Shown one piece after another: positions 63,205 to 64,000 of a DNA stretch of 64,000 bases. The stretch is taken from the NCBI RefSeq assembly GCF_964204865.1, contig NC_135260.1, positions 6,944,001 to 7,008,000 of the forward strand, written 5' to 3'. A model generated the notes under the pieces. That model worked only from the letters and a program-made list of their open reading frames with translations, did not search any database and was not told the DNA's origin. Source of the stretch: Styela clava (lineage: Eukaryota). Position 1 is the first letter of the stretch; every line of letters begins with the position of its first letter. The translations under genes were made by a program, and so were the position numbers.

Positions 63205-64000
63205 GTATCATTGATATGAAGTATGAAATTTTTCATGTTACGTGTTAGTAATGGTGTCATTTTGAACGGTAATTTAAAAAAACAACAAATCTAATTTTCT
63301 ATAATAAAGTTTATTGTTTACTGTTTTTCTTTTATTCTTGAAAAATCGATTTTGTAGTTCTAAATAATTCGGACTATTGTTTACACATAAGAAACACTAC
63401 AAACTAATTTATGACGCATATTTGATAATACCATTGCCAATGTCAGTAGAGATAAATTTCATTTAGTGCAATCTAAATAAACATACTTCTAATTTGCTTT
63501 TGAAGCAAGCTTCGGGCATAGTGGATCTTCATTCATCTTTATCGAATCATCACCTAAGTTACAAAGGTATATCAAACCAGGTGTTAAATGAACAATGGAA
63601 TTTGTCGCCTTGGAAAAGAAAGCCCGCGTGCAAAAAAAAACTTTTTATGAATAAAGTCGCGGGTGGCCTTTTATTGTGTAGTGGATAAAATAAATATATT
63701 CTTTACCAGGTTGAATTTAATCGACATAGGGATTTTTAGAATTATCGCAAAATTTCTGATATCTATCATTTTAAGCAGAACTGACTTACATTATAACAAA
63801 TAGGGAATAACACATTGGCCAGCCTATGCGCCAGAATTTCGTTAGGATATTGAACGTTTAAAATTATGAAATTGCTTTTCCGAAAAGTTTGCTAAATGAG
63901 GTTTCAAACACCCATGCTTGCTCACGTAATCGATGAAATTAAACGCGATTGATTGTGATGATAGCAATTCTACTGGAGCAAAACGCAAAGACATATGTAG

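Overview
AT-rich, intron-containing animal DNA. An ascidian/tunicate is the likeliest source, inferred from a single KLF1/2/4-type gene, short AT-rich introns and the SINE/MITE families present. Most entries in the ORF track are spurious or are exon fragments. Left half (1-29 kb) is a rearranged cluster of three dead copies of a divergent PLP-dependent aromatic-L-amino-acid decarboxylase (DDC/HDC/TDC family). Copy A is an 11-exon pseudogene (-, 18912-24682). Copy B is split by a fold-back inversion (exons 3-8 on -, exons 8-11 on +). Copy C is an older two-exon relic (+, about 26.0-28.8 kb). Copies A and B form a large inverted duplication whose 7.4-kb spacer holds a hierarchical tandem array (~145-bp monomers with recurring TTC-N3-GAA) and an intact intronless orphan ORF (464 aa; E/R/K helical repeats, five 14-aa repeats with four YHEI motifs, C-terminal CaaX box). 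Right half contains an intact KLF1/2/4-class zinc-finger gene (-, CDS 46558-49583, 417 aa) with a motif-dense promoter, set in long non-coding flanks carrying hAT, Merlin-like, Tc1-like, Helentron-like, SINE and probable P-element relics. All alignments were done by eye; no database searches were run.
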